Positions 35,947 through 48,989 of a stretch of DNA of 64,000 bases are shown here, one piece after another. The translations under genes and the position numbers were made by a program. Each line of letters begins with the position of its first letter. Positions within the stretch are counted from its first letter, which is position 1. The stretch covers positions 7,574,575 through 7,638,574 of the forward strand of contig NC_068983.1 in the NCBI RefSeq assembly GCF_001194135.2. The letters run 5' to 3'. The DNA is from Octopus bimaculoides (lineage: Eukaryota). The notes under the pieces were generated by a model that saw only the letters and a list, made by a program, of their open reading frames with translations, was not told the origin of the DNA and searched no databases.

Positions 35947-38185
35947 ATCTAGATGCTGGGATTTATAATGCTCACCTAAACACTTTATTACACAAGGTGC
36001 ACATATATACATCATCACCATCATCGTTTAACATCTATTTTCCTTGCTGGTATGGGTTGGACAGTTTGCCATGGAGCTGACCAGATTTCAATTGTCTGTT
36101 ATGGCATGGTTTCTATGGCTGGATACCCTTCCTAATGACAACCACTTAACAGTGTGCTGGGTGCTTTTTATGTGTCACCAGCACATATATACAGACACCC
36201 ATTTAAGTGATTCGAGGTAGGTTTATCTATTTCTAACAAGCCAAACAACCATCATCATCATTTTACTTTCGTTTTCCATGCTGGCATGGGTTGAACGGTT
36301 TGACTGAGGTCTAGAAAGCCAGTGGCTACATCAAGCTCCAATCTGATCTGGTAATGTTTCTACAGCTGGATGCCATTCCTAACACCAACCACAAGAGTGT
36401 ATTGGGTGCTTTTTATGTGCCACCAACACAGGAGCCAATCAGGTGGGCCTAGCATCGATCACATTCGGATAGTGCTTTTTACGTGCCACTGGCATGGGAG
36501 CCAGTCTGTATACATTTTCTTGTCTGTCTTGTTAGTTAACACCATGCATGTAGTAAGTCATACTCATTGCATGTCTCGCCATTCTAGCATGTTAGTGTCT
36601 ATGTTTTAGTTCAGATTAACATCACAATTTTTCACATATGCTTCATTATGTTTCACACAATCTTCTTTTCTACAGAGGAAGAATGAGAGAGAGAGAGAGA
36701 GATAGAGAGATTCGTTGAGAGTAGAAGTGAAAATCCTTAAGCTTCCTCTTCTCCATACTTATTTATGTTAGCTATTATATTTTCATCAGAACTATTCCTG
36801 GCATTAATCAGATCATTCAAGTAACAGAAGCTATCCATTACACCTAGCACACAAACTGTGCAGTTCTTGGTTACCTCTACATTTTGTACATCTGAAGTCC
36901 TTGTTCTTCTGGCAAGCTGCCAGAATCTCACTGCAGCCATGACTAATTGGGCGTATAATGTTAATTAGCATGAAAGATGGATTAATCCAATGCGGAAGTG
37001 TCTACAGGGTTTTTCAGCATGCTAGAAATAGCAGCTAAATCTCACTCTGTAATCACTCTGTACCATCTTAAGGAACATCATCATCATCGTTTAACGTCCG
37101 CTTTCCATGCTAGCATGGGTTGGACGATTTGATTGAGGACTGGTGAGCCAGAAGGCTGCACCAGGCTCCAATCTGATTTGGCAGAGTTTCTACAGCTGGA
37201 TGCCCTTCCTAAAGCCAACCACTCCGAGAGTGCAGTGGGTGCTTTAACGTGCCACCAGCATGAGGGCTAGTCAGGCGCTATTAGCAACAGCCNNNNNNNN
37301 NNNNNNNNNNNNNNNNNNNNNNNNNNNNNNNNNNNNNNNNNNNNNNNNNNNNNNNNNNNNNNNNNNNNNNNNNNNNNNNNNNNNNNNNNNNNNNNNNNNN
37401 NNNNNNNNNNNNNNNNNNNNNNNNNNNNNTAAGGTTTGTTTAAGGATGTTGAGCAAAACACCCATGTTTCCAAAGGTGAATTATTCAAACCCCAAAGAAT
37501 TCCTCTCAACACATGGCTATGATGTTCCCTAACTACTTCTGCTCATGATCAGAGATGCACATATTGTCAGCCACCAAGGGACATGCTCAACTGGTTAAGG
37601 TCAAACAACTGACAAACAAATCTGTGGTATTGAGCAGAATATTTGCTGTAGCCCATCTTTTTATACCAAGACAAAACAACGTACATGATAACACTTCCAA
37701 TCAATTAAGATCAGAAGCCATGAGAGCCACTGCCCTGGTACTGCATCCGGGGCATTTATTATTATTATTATTATTATCATTATTGGGCTGGCAGAATTGT
37801 TAGCATGCTGGACAAAATGTGTGGTGCCATTTCTTCTGGCTTTTTACATTCTGAGTTCAGATTCCACTGAGGTCAACTTTGCATTTCAGCCTTTTGAGAT
37901 CATCATCATCCGATCAATAAAATTAAAGTACCAGTCTCATATTGGGGTCAGTGTAATCAATTTATGCCTACCCCTAAAATGACTGGCCTCATAGCAAAAT
38001 TAGCAAGAATTATCATTCGTCAACTAGTCAGACATTCAACCAACTAATTAAGCAATTGATTGATTAATCGTTTGGTCTCTCAATCAATCGGCTAGATTTA
38101 TCAAAGTCCTATCATCCTCATCAGTGACATACACTCCCTATTTCAGGTCTGTCTCTTTCCTAATTTATAGGTTCTTTGCTCATTT

Positions 38186-38602
38186 ACTCTTTTACTTGTT
38201 TCAGTCATTTGACTGTGGCCATGCTGGAGCACCGCCTTTAGTCGAGCAAATCAACCCCAGGACTTAGTCTTTGTAAACCTAGTACTTATTCTATCGGTCT
38301 CTTTTTGCCGAACCGCTAAGTGACGGGGACATAAACACCCCAGCTTCGTTTGTCAAGCGATGTTGGGTGGGGGGGACAAACACAGACACACGAACATATA
38401 TACACACACATACATATATATATACATATACATATATACGACGGGCTTCTTTCAGCTTCCGTCTACCAAATCCACTCACAAGGCTTTGGTCGGCCTGAGG
38501 CCATAGTAGAAGACATTTGCCCAAGATGCCACACAGTGGGACTGTACCCAGAACCATGTGGTTCGTAAGCAAACTATTTACCACACAGCCACTCCTATGC
38601 CT
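38186..38602 (-). mobile_element. SINE family A
   Basis: Family consensus; 5' end only 28 nt from the RFC4 last acceptor. Confidence 0.9.
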
Positions 38603-38630
38603 TATTTCGTTTATTTTGATTTTATTTCAG

Positions 38631-38729
38631 GTTGTGGACAAGTGTATGATAGATGGAGGAGATGAATACCTGCAACTTCTGGATCTCCTGAATACTATTA
38701 TGAACCAAATATGCCATGAAAGGGAATAG
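38631..38729 (+). CDS. RFC4: RFC4 coding exon 9 (stop)
   Basis: VVDKCMIDGGDEYLQLLDLLNTIMNQICHERE-TAG; nine exons sum to 1074 nt = 357 aa + stop. Confidence 0.95.
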   Translation, partial: VVDKCMIDGGDEYLQLLDLLNTIMNQICHERE

Positions 38730-38756
38730 GACATTCTTTGCTTCTTGCAAATGAAA

Positions 38757-38823
38757 AATAAAACATATTTTCATACATTTAACTTTACTTCATGAGAGAG
38801 AGAATGAGAACTGCCTTAATAAA
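38757..38823 (+). terminator. Candidate RFC4 polyadenylation signals
   Basis: AATAAA at 38757-38762 and 38818-38823, just after the stop codon; usage unverified. Confidence 0.5.
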
Positions 38824-39647
38824 GATGTCATGTGTCCGATATCTTTTATCTTTTGCTTCAGTCATTGAAATATGACCATGCTGGTTTTAATCAAACAAAC
38901 CAAACCCTGTACTTCATCATCGTCATCGTACAATGTCTGCTTTCCATGCTAGCATGAGTTGGACGATTTGACTGAGGACTGGCGAAACAGATGGCTACAC
39001 CAGGCTCCAATCTGATTTGGCAGAGTTTCTACAGCTGGATGCCCTTCCTAACGCCAACCACTCAGAGAGTGTAGTGGGTGCTTTTACGTGTCACCCGCAC
39101 GAAGTCCAGTCAGGCGGTACTGGCAATGGCCACGCTCAAAATGGTGTATATTATGTGCCACCCGCACAAGAGCCAGTCCAGGGGCACTAGCAACGATCTC
39201 GCTCGAAAATCCNNNNNNNNNNNNNNNNNNNNNNNNNNNNNNNNNNNNNNNNNNNNNNNNNNNNNNNNNNNNNNNNNNNNNNNNNNNNNNNNNNNNNNNN
39301 NNNNNNNNNNNNNNNNNNNNNNNNNNNNNNNNNNNNNNNNNNNNNNNNNNNNNNNNNNNNNNNNNNNNNNNNNNNNNNNNNNNNNNNNNNNNNNNNNNNN
39401 NNNNNNNNNNNNNNNNNNNNNNNNNNNNNNNNNNNNNNNNNNNNNNNNNNNNNNNNNNNNNNNNNNNNNNNNNNNNNNNNNNNNNNNNNNNNNNNNNNNN
39501 NNNNNNNNNNNNNNNNNNNNNNNNNNNNNNNNNNNNNNNNNNNNNNNNNNNNNNNNNNNNNNNNNNNNNNNNNNNNNNNNNTCTTCGCAATCTGAGTTTC
39601 GTGTCCCAATGAAGGAGACGATGTTGGCATGGGTGCCAGTCGTCGAA

Positions 39648-39771
39648 TTTAACTCTATTTCGATTTCACTTGCCTCAACAAGTCTTCGCAAGTGGAGTTT
39701 AGTGTCCAATTTAACTCGATTTCGATTTCACTTACCTCAATAGGTCTTCGCAAGTGGAGTTTGGTGTCCAA
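39648..39771. repeat. About 62-bp tandem pair between RTE-tail copies
   Basis: aatttaactc(t/g)atttcgatttcactt(g/a)cctcaa...gtcttcgcaagtggagttt(a/g)gtgtcc x2. Confidence 0.8.
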
Positions 39772-42700
39772 TGATATCATCGTTAAACGTCCGCTTTCCA
39801 TGCTAGCATGGGTTGGACGATTTGACTGAGGACTGGTGAAACCGGATGGCAACACCAGGCTCCAATCTAAATTTGGCAGAGTTTCTACAGCTGGATGCCC
39901 TTCCTAACGCCATGATGATGTATATGCATACATACATACACACACATACAGAGGGCTTCTTTCAGTTTCTGTCTACCAAAGCACCATTTGAGCATGGCCG
40001 ATGCCAGTTCCGCATGACTGGCACATAAAAAGCACCATTCAAGCGTGGTCAACGCCAGTGCCACCTGACTGGCTCCTGTACCACATAAAGAGCACCCAAT
40101 ACATTCTCAGAGTGGCTGGCATTAGGAAAGGCATCCAGCTGTAGAAACTCTGTCAAATCAGATTGGAGCTTGGCTTGCCAGCCCTCAGTCAAACCGTTCA
40201 ACCCATGCCAGCATGGAAAGCGGATGTTAAACAACGATGATAACAAACAAATCCACTCACAAAGCTTTTAGTTAGTCCAGGGCTACAGTAGACAAAACCT
40301 GCCCAAGGTGTCATACAGTGGGACTGAACCCGAAACCATGTGGTTAGACAGCAAACTTCTTAATCACATAGCTATACGAACACTTATTAGGCCAAATGAT
40401 ATAAAACTGAAACTTAGTAAAATAAAAAAAAAAATAAATAAAAAATGTATAAAATAACAAGCAAAACAAATTTATTTCTCATAACATTAACTACAATAAC
40501 CAAAATTTGGAAATCTGCAAAGTTTGGAATTAAACAGGAAATAAGAAAGGGAAATCATTCAACTATTAAAAAGACATGCTAAGAATATTTTTAATAAGAA
40601 TTATTTTTTTTCTAAACTTACATTCTGATATTATTTTAAAAAGCTTTTAGACCAGCATTAAATTTTCAGTTTTAAATCTTTGAACTCTTATTTTAATTAA
40701 ATACACAAACAAGATTAATTAGAAATTGGGGCTTAGAATTTATACTTTTTAAAAAAAATTGATATCAAAATTATGCCTTTTAATTTTCAGTTTCAGACAT
40801 GAATTTATTGATAACATATTCTTGTCAGACTTATTGAAATAATACATATATCTCGATAAGATGATGTCTTTGTGTGATATATGGTAAAAAAACCCTGATA
40901 TGATGTTGGTAATGAGGAAGATAAAAGCAACAATTAACAATTGTTTTATTACTCTATATAATTAAAACAACATATATGTGGATTCTTCATCAGAATACAG
41001 TGAGAAGTTCAGTTTATTATCGAGAAGGACTTAGAAAAATAACATACAGAATCAGAGTTGTTTTATGTACTTTTGTTTTGTTAACTGTGATGGCTACTGT
41101 CTTATCTCTGCGGATGTTGCATTTGTAAGTGAATTTATTAAAATATAGTAATTAGTAGTATAGGTGTTGGTAGTGGTGGAGGTGGTTATATAATGCTAAG
41201 CTACTGACTACATGGCTGAGAGCTCTGACTTCGTTATAGCCAATGCAGTTGATGATATTAAATGAAGACATAATTATGTTGCCCGACCAATCAAGATGTT
41301 CTAACATTGTGAGAACATATAACAACTATAAAAATCATGTTCTCAAATAATATAAAAATGTTTAAATGTACAAAACCATCCTACCCATGCTAGCATAGGA
41401 TAATGGATGTGGTAGTATTGGTGGTGGAGGTGGTTATTGCTGTTCTAATTAAATCAAGGAAATTACATTTCCATTGATTATTTTTCAAATTAATCTGTTG
41501 GTCACAACACCTGACAGAAATGCCACTGTTTTTAGATGACAGGGCCAGGATTTGAACTTAGAATGCACAGAGCTGAAACACTGCAATCGGTCCTGTCTGA
41601 CGCTCTGACAATTCCATCAAGTCACTGCCCTGCATTGGTACACGTTTATCAACCCCCCCACCCACTGAAAGGAGGAAAGGCAAAGTCGACCATGGCAGGA
41701 TTTGAACTCAGAACAAATACATCAAGGCATTCATTCTACCCAACACTCTAATGACACTTCCAATTTCCCACCTTCAAAATGGATGTAAAACAAAATATAT
41801 TAACCTGTGAGTAAGATATGTGTGTTTTTTTTTAATTAAAATTTCTGTTTGGAAGCCTTCAAAGGGTGCATGCTATATACATATATCATACACAAAGTTT
41901 AAGCAAGAGTGTGAAAGGCATTTTCGGCAGAATACTTAATAGAATATACTGGAATGTATTGTAAGAGAAAAACAATGTAAATATATATATATATATATAT
42001 GCATATAAAAATAGTTTGAATTTCTTAAAATGTGCTCTTCTCCATTTAAAAGACAATAATTTAGTCATAACAACACTCCCAGTACATCTGATTTATATAA
42101 AATTTTGTCATCTCCAATTCCAGTATGAGTACAAAGAAGATATATCATTATATTTTAAATACATGTCTTAAAGCTTAGATAGCATACCAAAACACTTACT
42201 ATGTGATTAAACATTAAAAAAAAAAAGATATAGCCAAGTGTAAATTTCTTTGTAAAAAAAAAAAAAAAAACTGTAAAAAATCATAGAAAAAATATTCCAT
42301 TTTCGTATCCGATATGGAAATAACATTTTAGGTTATGAAAAATTTAATCTTTAATTACAGCTGAGGCAAAAAATTGCAGGGAAAAAAAGTTTTAAGCTAA
42401 GGAGAGAATAACTCCTGAATGTTATCACCAATCGAGGAAATTGTTAAGAGATACATAATCCCCATTATATGTGTATGTGTGTGTGTAGACAAACATCAAT
42501 ATCAGTACATAAAATTAGGTTGTATGGCATCAGTAGTGGTGGTCACCAATTTACAATAACATATAAAGGACAAACAGAGTAAATGTATGATAAATTATGA
42601 CACATTTGCTCTGTATATCATAATTGGTAATACTGCTAAGTACAGCAGTAACCACACCACTACACTGATTGTAGACTGGACGATGATACTGTACATCGAG

Positions 42701-43499
42701 CTCTAAATTCATCAGTTGCAGTTGTACATCTAATTGTACGCACAAGATATACATAAAGTAAGATCAACGACCTTATTTTTCCCAATTCACCATTTGTTTA
42801 TGTATGAAATATAGCAATATATTATACAGATACGAAGCCTTAAAGAGAGTGGAGAGGAATAAAAAGAGAAATTGTGTTGTCATATTGATACCATATAAAA
42901 AAAAAAAGGTAGAAAAAGCACAATGGAGTTGCAGATTTGTGACATTACCACTGTACCACAGTGCTTGCCTCATATAAAAATATACTAATCATTTGTTATA
43001 TAGGCATTATGTTTTAGACATATTGTGGAATCATGCAGCTTACCAATCATTCTAGTCAAAAATAAGACCTCTGCTATCCATAGGATTTCTGCAGAAGCAA
43101 GCAGCTTCTAATGTTATTGGATTACATATCAATTTGAAGAAAATTCTCTATAGTTCTCAACATACTGGAGCACCTCTTATACTTTGTGAGGTCTTGAAAC
43201 ACTAGATGAAAGCTGTTTCAGGAATTAAAACAAATGGTGGCTGCTTCTTTGTTATTGCTAATTATTGGGATTCTTTAAAAATGCCATGGGTGTTAAAAAA
43301 CAATTCTGAGGTCTTTACGCAAAAATAGTATCATTGAAATTATAATTAAAGTTATAAAAAATTTTCTTTAGTATTTCCATTAAACCTTGAGGGATTTTTC
43401 TATTTCAGAATGAACTTTTTAAAACAGGAATCTGATAAAGTAAAACAAAAAATTTGCCATGGAAAACAAATCAAAGGGAAAAACAGGATTTTATAATAA

Positions 43500-43617
43500 T
43501 TATGTAAGTTTCAAAATTTTAGAAATCTTTGTAACAGCTAAATTGTGCATCTCCTCTTTGTGTTCTTGGAAATTAGCAATTGCTAATTCTTTGGTGTCTT
43601 CCCACTGATAAAGAAGT
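43500..43617 (-). CDS. LTA4H: LTA4H last coding exon (stop)
   Basis: LLYQWEDTKELAIANFQEHKEEMHNLAVTKISKILKLT-TAA; tacag acceptor; 118 nt. Confidence 0.92.
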
Positions 43618-43690
43618 CTGTAAACGAGACAAAGAAGAGAGATAATTAGATAAATTTCATAACAAAACATAGATCTTCTGTCTGAATAGT

Positions 43691-44010
43691 ATCATCATCA
43701 TCATCGTTTAACGTCCGCTTTCCATGCTAGCATGGGTCGGACGATTTGACTGAGGACTGGTGAACCAGAAAGCTGCACCAGGCTCCTATCTGATTTGGCA
43801 GAGTTTCTACAGCTGGATGCCCTTCCTAACGCCAACCACTCCGAGAGTGTAGTGGATGCTTTTACGTGCCACCGGCACAAATGGTGTATTTTACATGCCA
43901 CCTGCACAGGAGCAGTCCAGCGACACTGTCAACCATCTCGCTCGAATGTCTTTTCATGTGCCAGGAAGGCGAAGCTGGTAACGATCACGCTCAAATGGTG
44001 CTATTTACGT
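43691..44010 (-). mobile_element. RTE-type 3' tail element (family B), young copy
   Basis: Near-consensus family B sequence. Confidence 0.87.
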
Positions 44011-45027
44011 ATATTAAAAGAAACAACCCTTGATAATGCAGAGTAGCAATGTATATTCTCTAGAGCAAGATCCCTCTGCTTGTCATGGAACAACGCCATC
44101 TCTGACCCTATTAAATATTCCTGTCACTTAGCCCACTGGGGGACTTCTTCCTTCTCTTTCCTTTTCTTGTTCTTTCTTATTTTGCAAATTACCTGGCAAC
44201 AGCATCAATACAGGTGGCAAAAGAAAAAAGCATCCAGTACTCACTGTAAAGTGGTTGGTGTTAGGAAAGGCATCCAAAAACCATGTCAAAGCTAACATGG
44301 AGCACAATGCAGCCTTGCAGCTCACCAGATCTTGTCAATCTGTCCAACCTATGACAGCATGGACAATGGGTGTTTAAGGATGATGATGATGATGACAGCA
44401 TAGTCATGGTTAGAATTGGCCTGTAGCTTAACAAGATGGCCACTTGGTACTTGGGAGATTTTAGAGCATTTCATTCTGTTGCAAACTTGCATTCCTCTCA
44501 CAGGTATTTGGGCCGGGTGCCAGTTGCACCTACAACCAACACCCTAACCACTAAGTCACATACTTCTACAGTGAGGCCCCTCAAATGAAGGGATTACCCC
44601 ATCTGTCGCCAGCATCTTCGTTGCAGAGTGTTATTGCATTATGACAGCCACCTACACGAGGTGGGAAATTGGAAACAGCAGGGAGAGAGACGATGATGAC
44701 AAAAGACTGGAGGGGACAAAGACACCCACTGCTTTCACCGAAGACACCTCACCATCCTTCTGTCTCACTGTTGAGACTGCAGCAGCTACCTCTCACCCAC
44801 AAAGTTGCCTCACACCTGGCTCTTTGGTTCTTCCCACCACCACCCCATCACTCTTCCTGCTGTCAGTACAAGAAAAGGAATGCTAAAGGATTAAATAATG
44901 ATTGCAGAGCGAATGATAAGTTATCTCCACTGGCTTATGATAAAGAGGAGAGAGAGAGAAATTTAAGAGGGAAAAAGGGAGGAGCTGTAAGAGAGACAGA
45001 GAGGAAGAGAAATAAAGTGATATTTAC

Positions 45028-45132
45028 TCGTATATTGGTAGGAGAAATTTCAACCGGCCTTGTTTATTAATGAAGCTAACAGCATGAGGAATGCACTTGC
45101 TCCATTTAGCTCGCAGACAAAGTCTCAACCAC
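45028..45132 (-). CDS. LTA4H: LTA4H penultimate exon
   Basis: WLRLCLRAKWSKCIPHAVSFINKQGRLKFLLPIY(E); tccag/gtaaat; 105 nt. Confidence 0.94.
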
Positions 45133-45299
45133 CTGGATGTTTGAAAATAAAGATCACAAGAGAAAACAAACGTTAAGAACTAAAATACACACAGGTACTA
45201 AACAAGGCTGAAAATACAACCACAAAAAATAAAACAAGGTAAAAATTTTAAAATTCACAAAAGGATATCAACCATGCTGTCTTGTCTTTCTGTCCCTTG

Positions 45300-45570
45300 C
45301 CTTACTGGCACTTGTGCCAGTGGCACGTTAGAAAATCATTCGAGCGAGGTCATTGCCAGTGCTGCTGGAATGGCTCCTGTGCAGGTGGCACGTAAAAGCA
45401 CCCTCTACACTCTCAGAGTGGTTGGTGTTAGAAAGGGTATCCAGCTGTAGAAACTCTGCCAGATCAGATTGGAGCCTGGTGCAGCCATCTGGTTCACCAG
45501 TCCTCAGTCAAATCGTCCAACCCATGCTAGCATGGAAAGCGGACGTTAAATAATGATGATGATGATGATT
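45300..45570 (+). mobile_element. RTE-type 3' tail element (family B), young copy
   Basis: Near-consensus family B sequence, inverted relative to 43691-44010. Confidence 0.87.
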
Positions 45571-46261
45571 CCAATGGCCTCTGTGTGCCACCTCTACATA
45601 AGTTCATTTCTCCTAACCCTGTCTTCCTCCTTCAAGTTTTTGTGTCTTTCTCACCACTCAACAAAAAAGACATTTGTTCATCTGTTTTATGCCTGCTTTT
45701 AAATGCATGCATAGATTGGACAATTATGCTATTAAGGTACTGATTTACAGCCAGATGCTCTTCATGTCACTAACCTTTCACAGTTTTTCAAGTAAGGGAT
45801 CTTTTGAAGGGAGCAAGTGATTTGTTCACAAGAGAAATGTCAACAGCAACACCACACACTTTTGCTGCAACTTTTGTGATTGCAGATATAAACACCCACC
45901 CACCCACACACTGCATATCTTTTGGGGTTTTTTTTTACTTCTTTCAGTCATTTGACTGTGGCCATGCTGGAACACTGCTTTGTAAGGTTTAGTCAAACAA
46001 ATCGACCCAAGTTGTTTTTTTTTAAAGCCTGGTACTTATTCTATCTGCTAAGTTGCTGGGACAGAAACAAACCAGCATTGGTTGTCAATCAGTGTTACAT
46101 ACACAGACACATAAACAGATATACACATGACAAGCTTCTTTCAGTTTCCATCTACAAATCTACTCACAAGACTTAGATCAGCCCAAGATGCCATGCAGTG
46201 GATTGCACCAAGAACCATATGGTTAGGAAGCAAGCTTGTTACCATAAAGCCACACCCTTAA

Positions 46262-46757
46262 TATTCTTTTCTACTCTAGACACAAGGCCCAAAATTTTTG
46301 GGGAGGGAGTCAGTCGATTAGAACGACTCCCCAGTATGCAACTGGTACTTAATTTATCGATCCTGAAAAGCAATGTCGACCTCGACAGAATTTGAACTCA
46401 GAATGCAAAGACAGACGAAATACTGCTAAGCATTTCGCCCGGCGTGCTAATGTTTCTGCCAGCTCCCCACCTTCCTATGCCCTTAATATTGTAGATATAC
46501 CTGTATCTATCTATCTGTCTATCTTATTTCTTTATTGCCCACAAGGGGCTAAACATAGAGGTGACAAAGAAGGACAGACAAAGGGATTAATTTGATTACA
46601 TCGACCCCAGTGCGCAACTGGTACTTAATTTATCAACCCCGAAAGGATGAAAGGCAAAGTCGACCTCGGTGGAATTTGAACTCAGAACGTAAAGACAGAT
46701 GAAATACCACTAAGCATTTCGCCTGGCGTGCCAACGTTTCTGCCAGCCCGCCACCTT
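46262..46757 (-). mobile_element. Two family C SINEs head-to-tail
   Basis: Copies at 46262-46473 and 46522-46757 with different tails. Confidence 0.85.
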
Positions 46758-46989
46758 TTCTATCTATCTATCTACATATATATATATATATATTATTAAA
46801 AAATATGGCAAAAAATCATATATTAATTAATATCGATTAATTACCAGGAAGCTAGCACATTTAAAGAATCAAAGAGATTCAGAAACAGTATCTGCAATCT
46901 CAGGGGATTAAAGTACATTTTTATATACACAAGATGTGATCTATTTCTAGCACATTGAATGTCCACGTTAGTGGTCAACGTCATATATA

Positions 46990-47020
<31 letters not shown>

Positions 47021-47320
47021 TATAATACACCCAAAGGGATTCACAACCCATTGGACATCCTAGAGTATAGCAAACACCATGTGATCAACACAACATGTAT
47101 TTTGGATTAACACAACGTGAATTAGGCATTAAATACTTGTATGGGTTAAAATCTCTGTGTGCACAACCTGGATATTTTTCTGGGTGTACTTCAGTACCCT
47201 GTATATTTATTCGACTAAGGATGGTGCTTAAAGGTTGATTCAACTCAACCTGGTGCATATCATTTGAGGACCTGGCTCCCTCCAGAATCCTTAATATTGT
47301 ATGTGTATATATATATATTA

Positions 47321-47603
47321 TTTATTTATTTACGCGCACTTTTAAAGCCTAACCAGGCTCATGGGCCCGGTTTCTATGGCATATGTGTTCCCCCCAGCTG
47401 GATGGGACGCCAGTTCATCGCAGCGTTACTCAAGAAACAGTGAGAGAAAATTGGGGCAAAAGAGTACAACAGAGGTCGCCACAACCCCCTGCCGGAGCCT
47501 CGTGGAGCTTTTAGGTGTTTTCGCTCAATAAACACACACAACGCCCGGTCTGGGAATTGAAACCGCGAGTCCACTGCCCCAACCACTGGGCCATTGTGCC
47601 TCC
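47321..47603 (-). mobile_element. tRNA-derived SINE family D
   Basis: Head GGAGGCACAATGGCCCAGTGGTT...GGTTTCAATTCCC, (TAAA)n tail; second copy at 50234-50415 on the + strand. Confidence 0.8.
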
Positions 47604-47617
47604 ACACACACACACAC

Positions 47618-47667
<50 letters not shown>

Positions 47668-47742
47668 ATATTATTATTATTATATATAAATATGCAACTG
47701 TTTGTGGAAATTGAGAAAATGCATTTATGTATATATACTTAC

Positions 47743-47825
47743 CGAAACAGAATCTCTGAATTTCCCTGAGAAAATAAGTGATATGCCGATTCCATATGAG
47801 CAATCTTGGTCAAACTAAAGGGGTC
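47743..47825 (-). CDS. LTA4H: LTA4H exon
   Basis: DPFSLTKIAHMESAYHLFSQGNSEILF(R); cacag/gtaagt; 83 nt. Confidence 0.93.
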
Positions 47826-48329
47826 CTGTGAGAGAAAGAGAGAGCACATTATACTGGACATTTCAAGGTCTCTGTAAAAGCGTAGGCTACTGTTGGTTAT
47901 GATGAGGATGATGATGATGATGATGATGATGTTGATGATGCTAGTGATGGCGGTTCTGGTAAGTGTGATGATTTTCTTATAATAAATGTAAGCAAATGAG
48001 GACAAGCCCATGGCCTTCATATGCTGTTACCTTTTATGGCTCATCAGGACACTGTCCGAAAGGAAGTTCCAGAGATGGAATTGTGGTCAAGTTGGTATGG
48101 ATTGGCGTGGATAAAGACATTGTAGGGGGTGATGGAAGGAGGAGAAAGAGTCGAATGCACAGAAGGGGTTTGGTGGTAGTGGGAAATAGTGAGTGAGGAT
48201 TCGAACTCAGTAAATACTGAAAGCCAGAACAAATACTGCAAAGCTTTTTGCCCTACACTCGAATGGTTCCACCAATTTTTGGCGTTTTATGATGAATGAT
48301 GTTTAAGTTCATGTTTGAAACAAAAGCCA

Positions 48330-48622
48330 TGAAGAAGGGGAGGAGAGTAGAAGGACGAGGAGAAGGGGTGGGGAAAGGAATGGGGAGAGAGAGGGGGAAG
48401 TGAAGGAGAGAGAGAGAAGGGGAAGTGAAGGAGAGAGAGAGAAGGGAAAAGAAAGAGTAAAGGAAGGAGGGAGAGAAGGGAGAAAGGAAGAGTAAAGAGG
48501 AGGCAGAGAGAAGGGAAGGGGAAGAGGAAAGAAGGGGAGGAAGAAGAAAGGAGAAATGGAGGGAGAGGAGGAGGGAAAGGGGGAAGAGGGAGGAAAGAGG
48601 AAAGGGAAGAGGAGAGGATAAA
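48330..48622. repeat. About 290-bp polypurine (GA-rich) tract
   Basis: Almost only G and A on the + strand. Confidence 0.95.
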
Positions 48623-48646
48623 GAGTCTGAATTTTTCAAGATTTAC

Positions 48647-48797
48647 CTGTTCCATCAACTGGTTGAGGAATTCCAGCTTCTGTGGAGTTGAGAATTGGTC
48701 AAGATCTGCTGAAGAGAACTGTCCAAAGTTACTGTCTCCAGTTGAACACCATCTTTCACTCAGTTGCTGGCAAGCATTAGCAAGGCATGACTGATAT
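48647..48797 (-). CDS. LTA4H: LTA4H exon (C-terminal domain)
   Basis: YQSCLANACQQLSERWCSTGDSNFGQFSSADLDQFSTPQKLEFLNQLMEQ; gttag/gtaaat; 151 nt. Confidence 0.93.
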
Positions 48798-48989
48798 CTA
48801 ACAACGTGATGATGATGATAATAATAATAATAATAAAACACTTTCAATACAGTAAACATAAGAGCACCACAGCAAACCACAGCACATACCCAAGGCGCAC
48901 AGAGCTGCGCTCGGTAGTGAAGTGAAAGCACGTTATAAAAATAAAACTACTGAAAAATAATAATAATAATAATCATTATTAATGATGAC

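Noticed and set aside
42575-42660. H/ACA snoRNA-like layout (hairpin-ATATCA-hairpin-ACA)
   Set aside because: Only ~85 nt, no pseudouridylation pockets, and not intronic on that strand
44560-45070. GC-richer stretch with 81-aa and 133-aa ORFs in the last LTA4H intron
   Set aside because: No recognisable domain or splice pattern, and it runs antisense into the true exon; probably an old repeat that I could not classify
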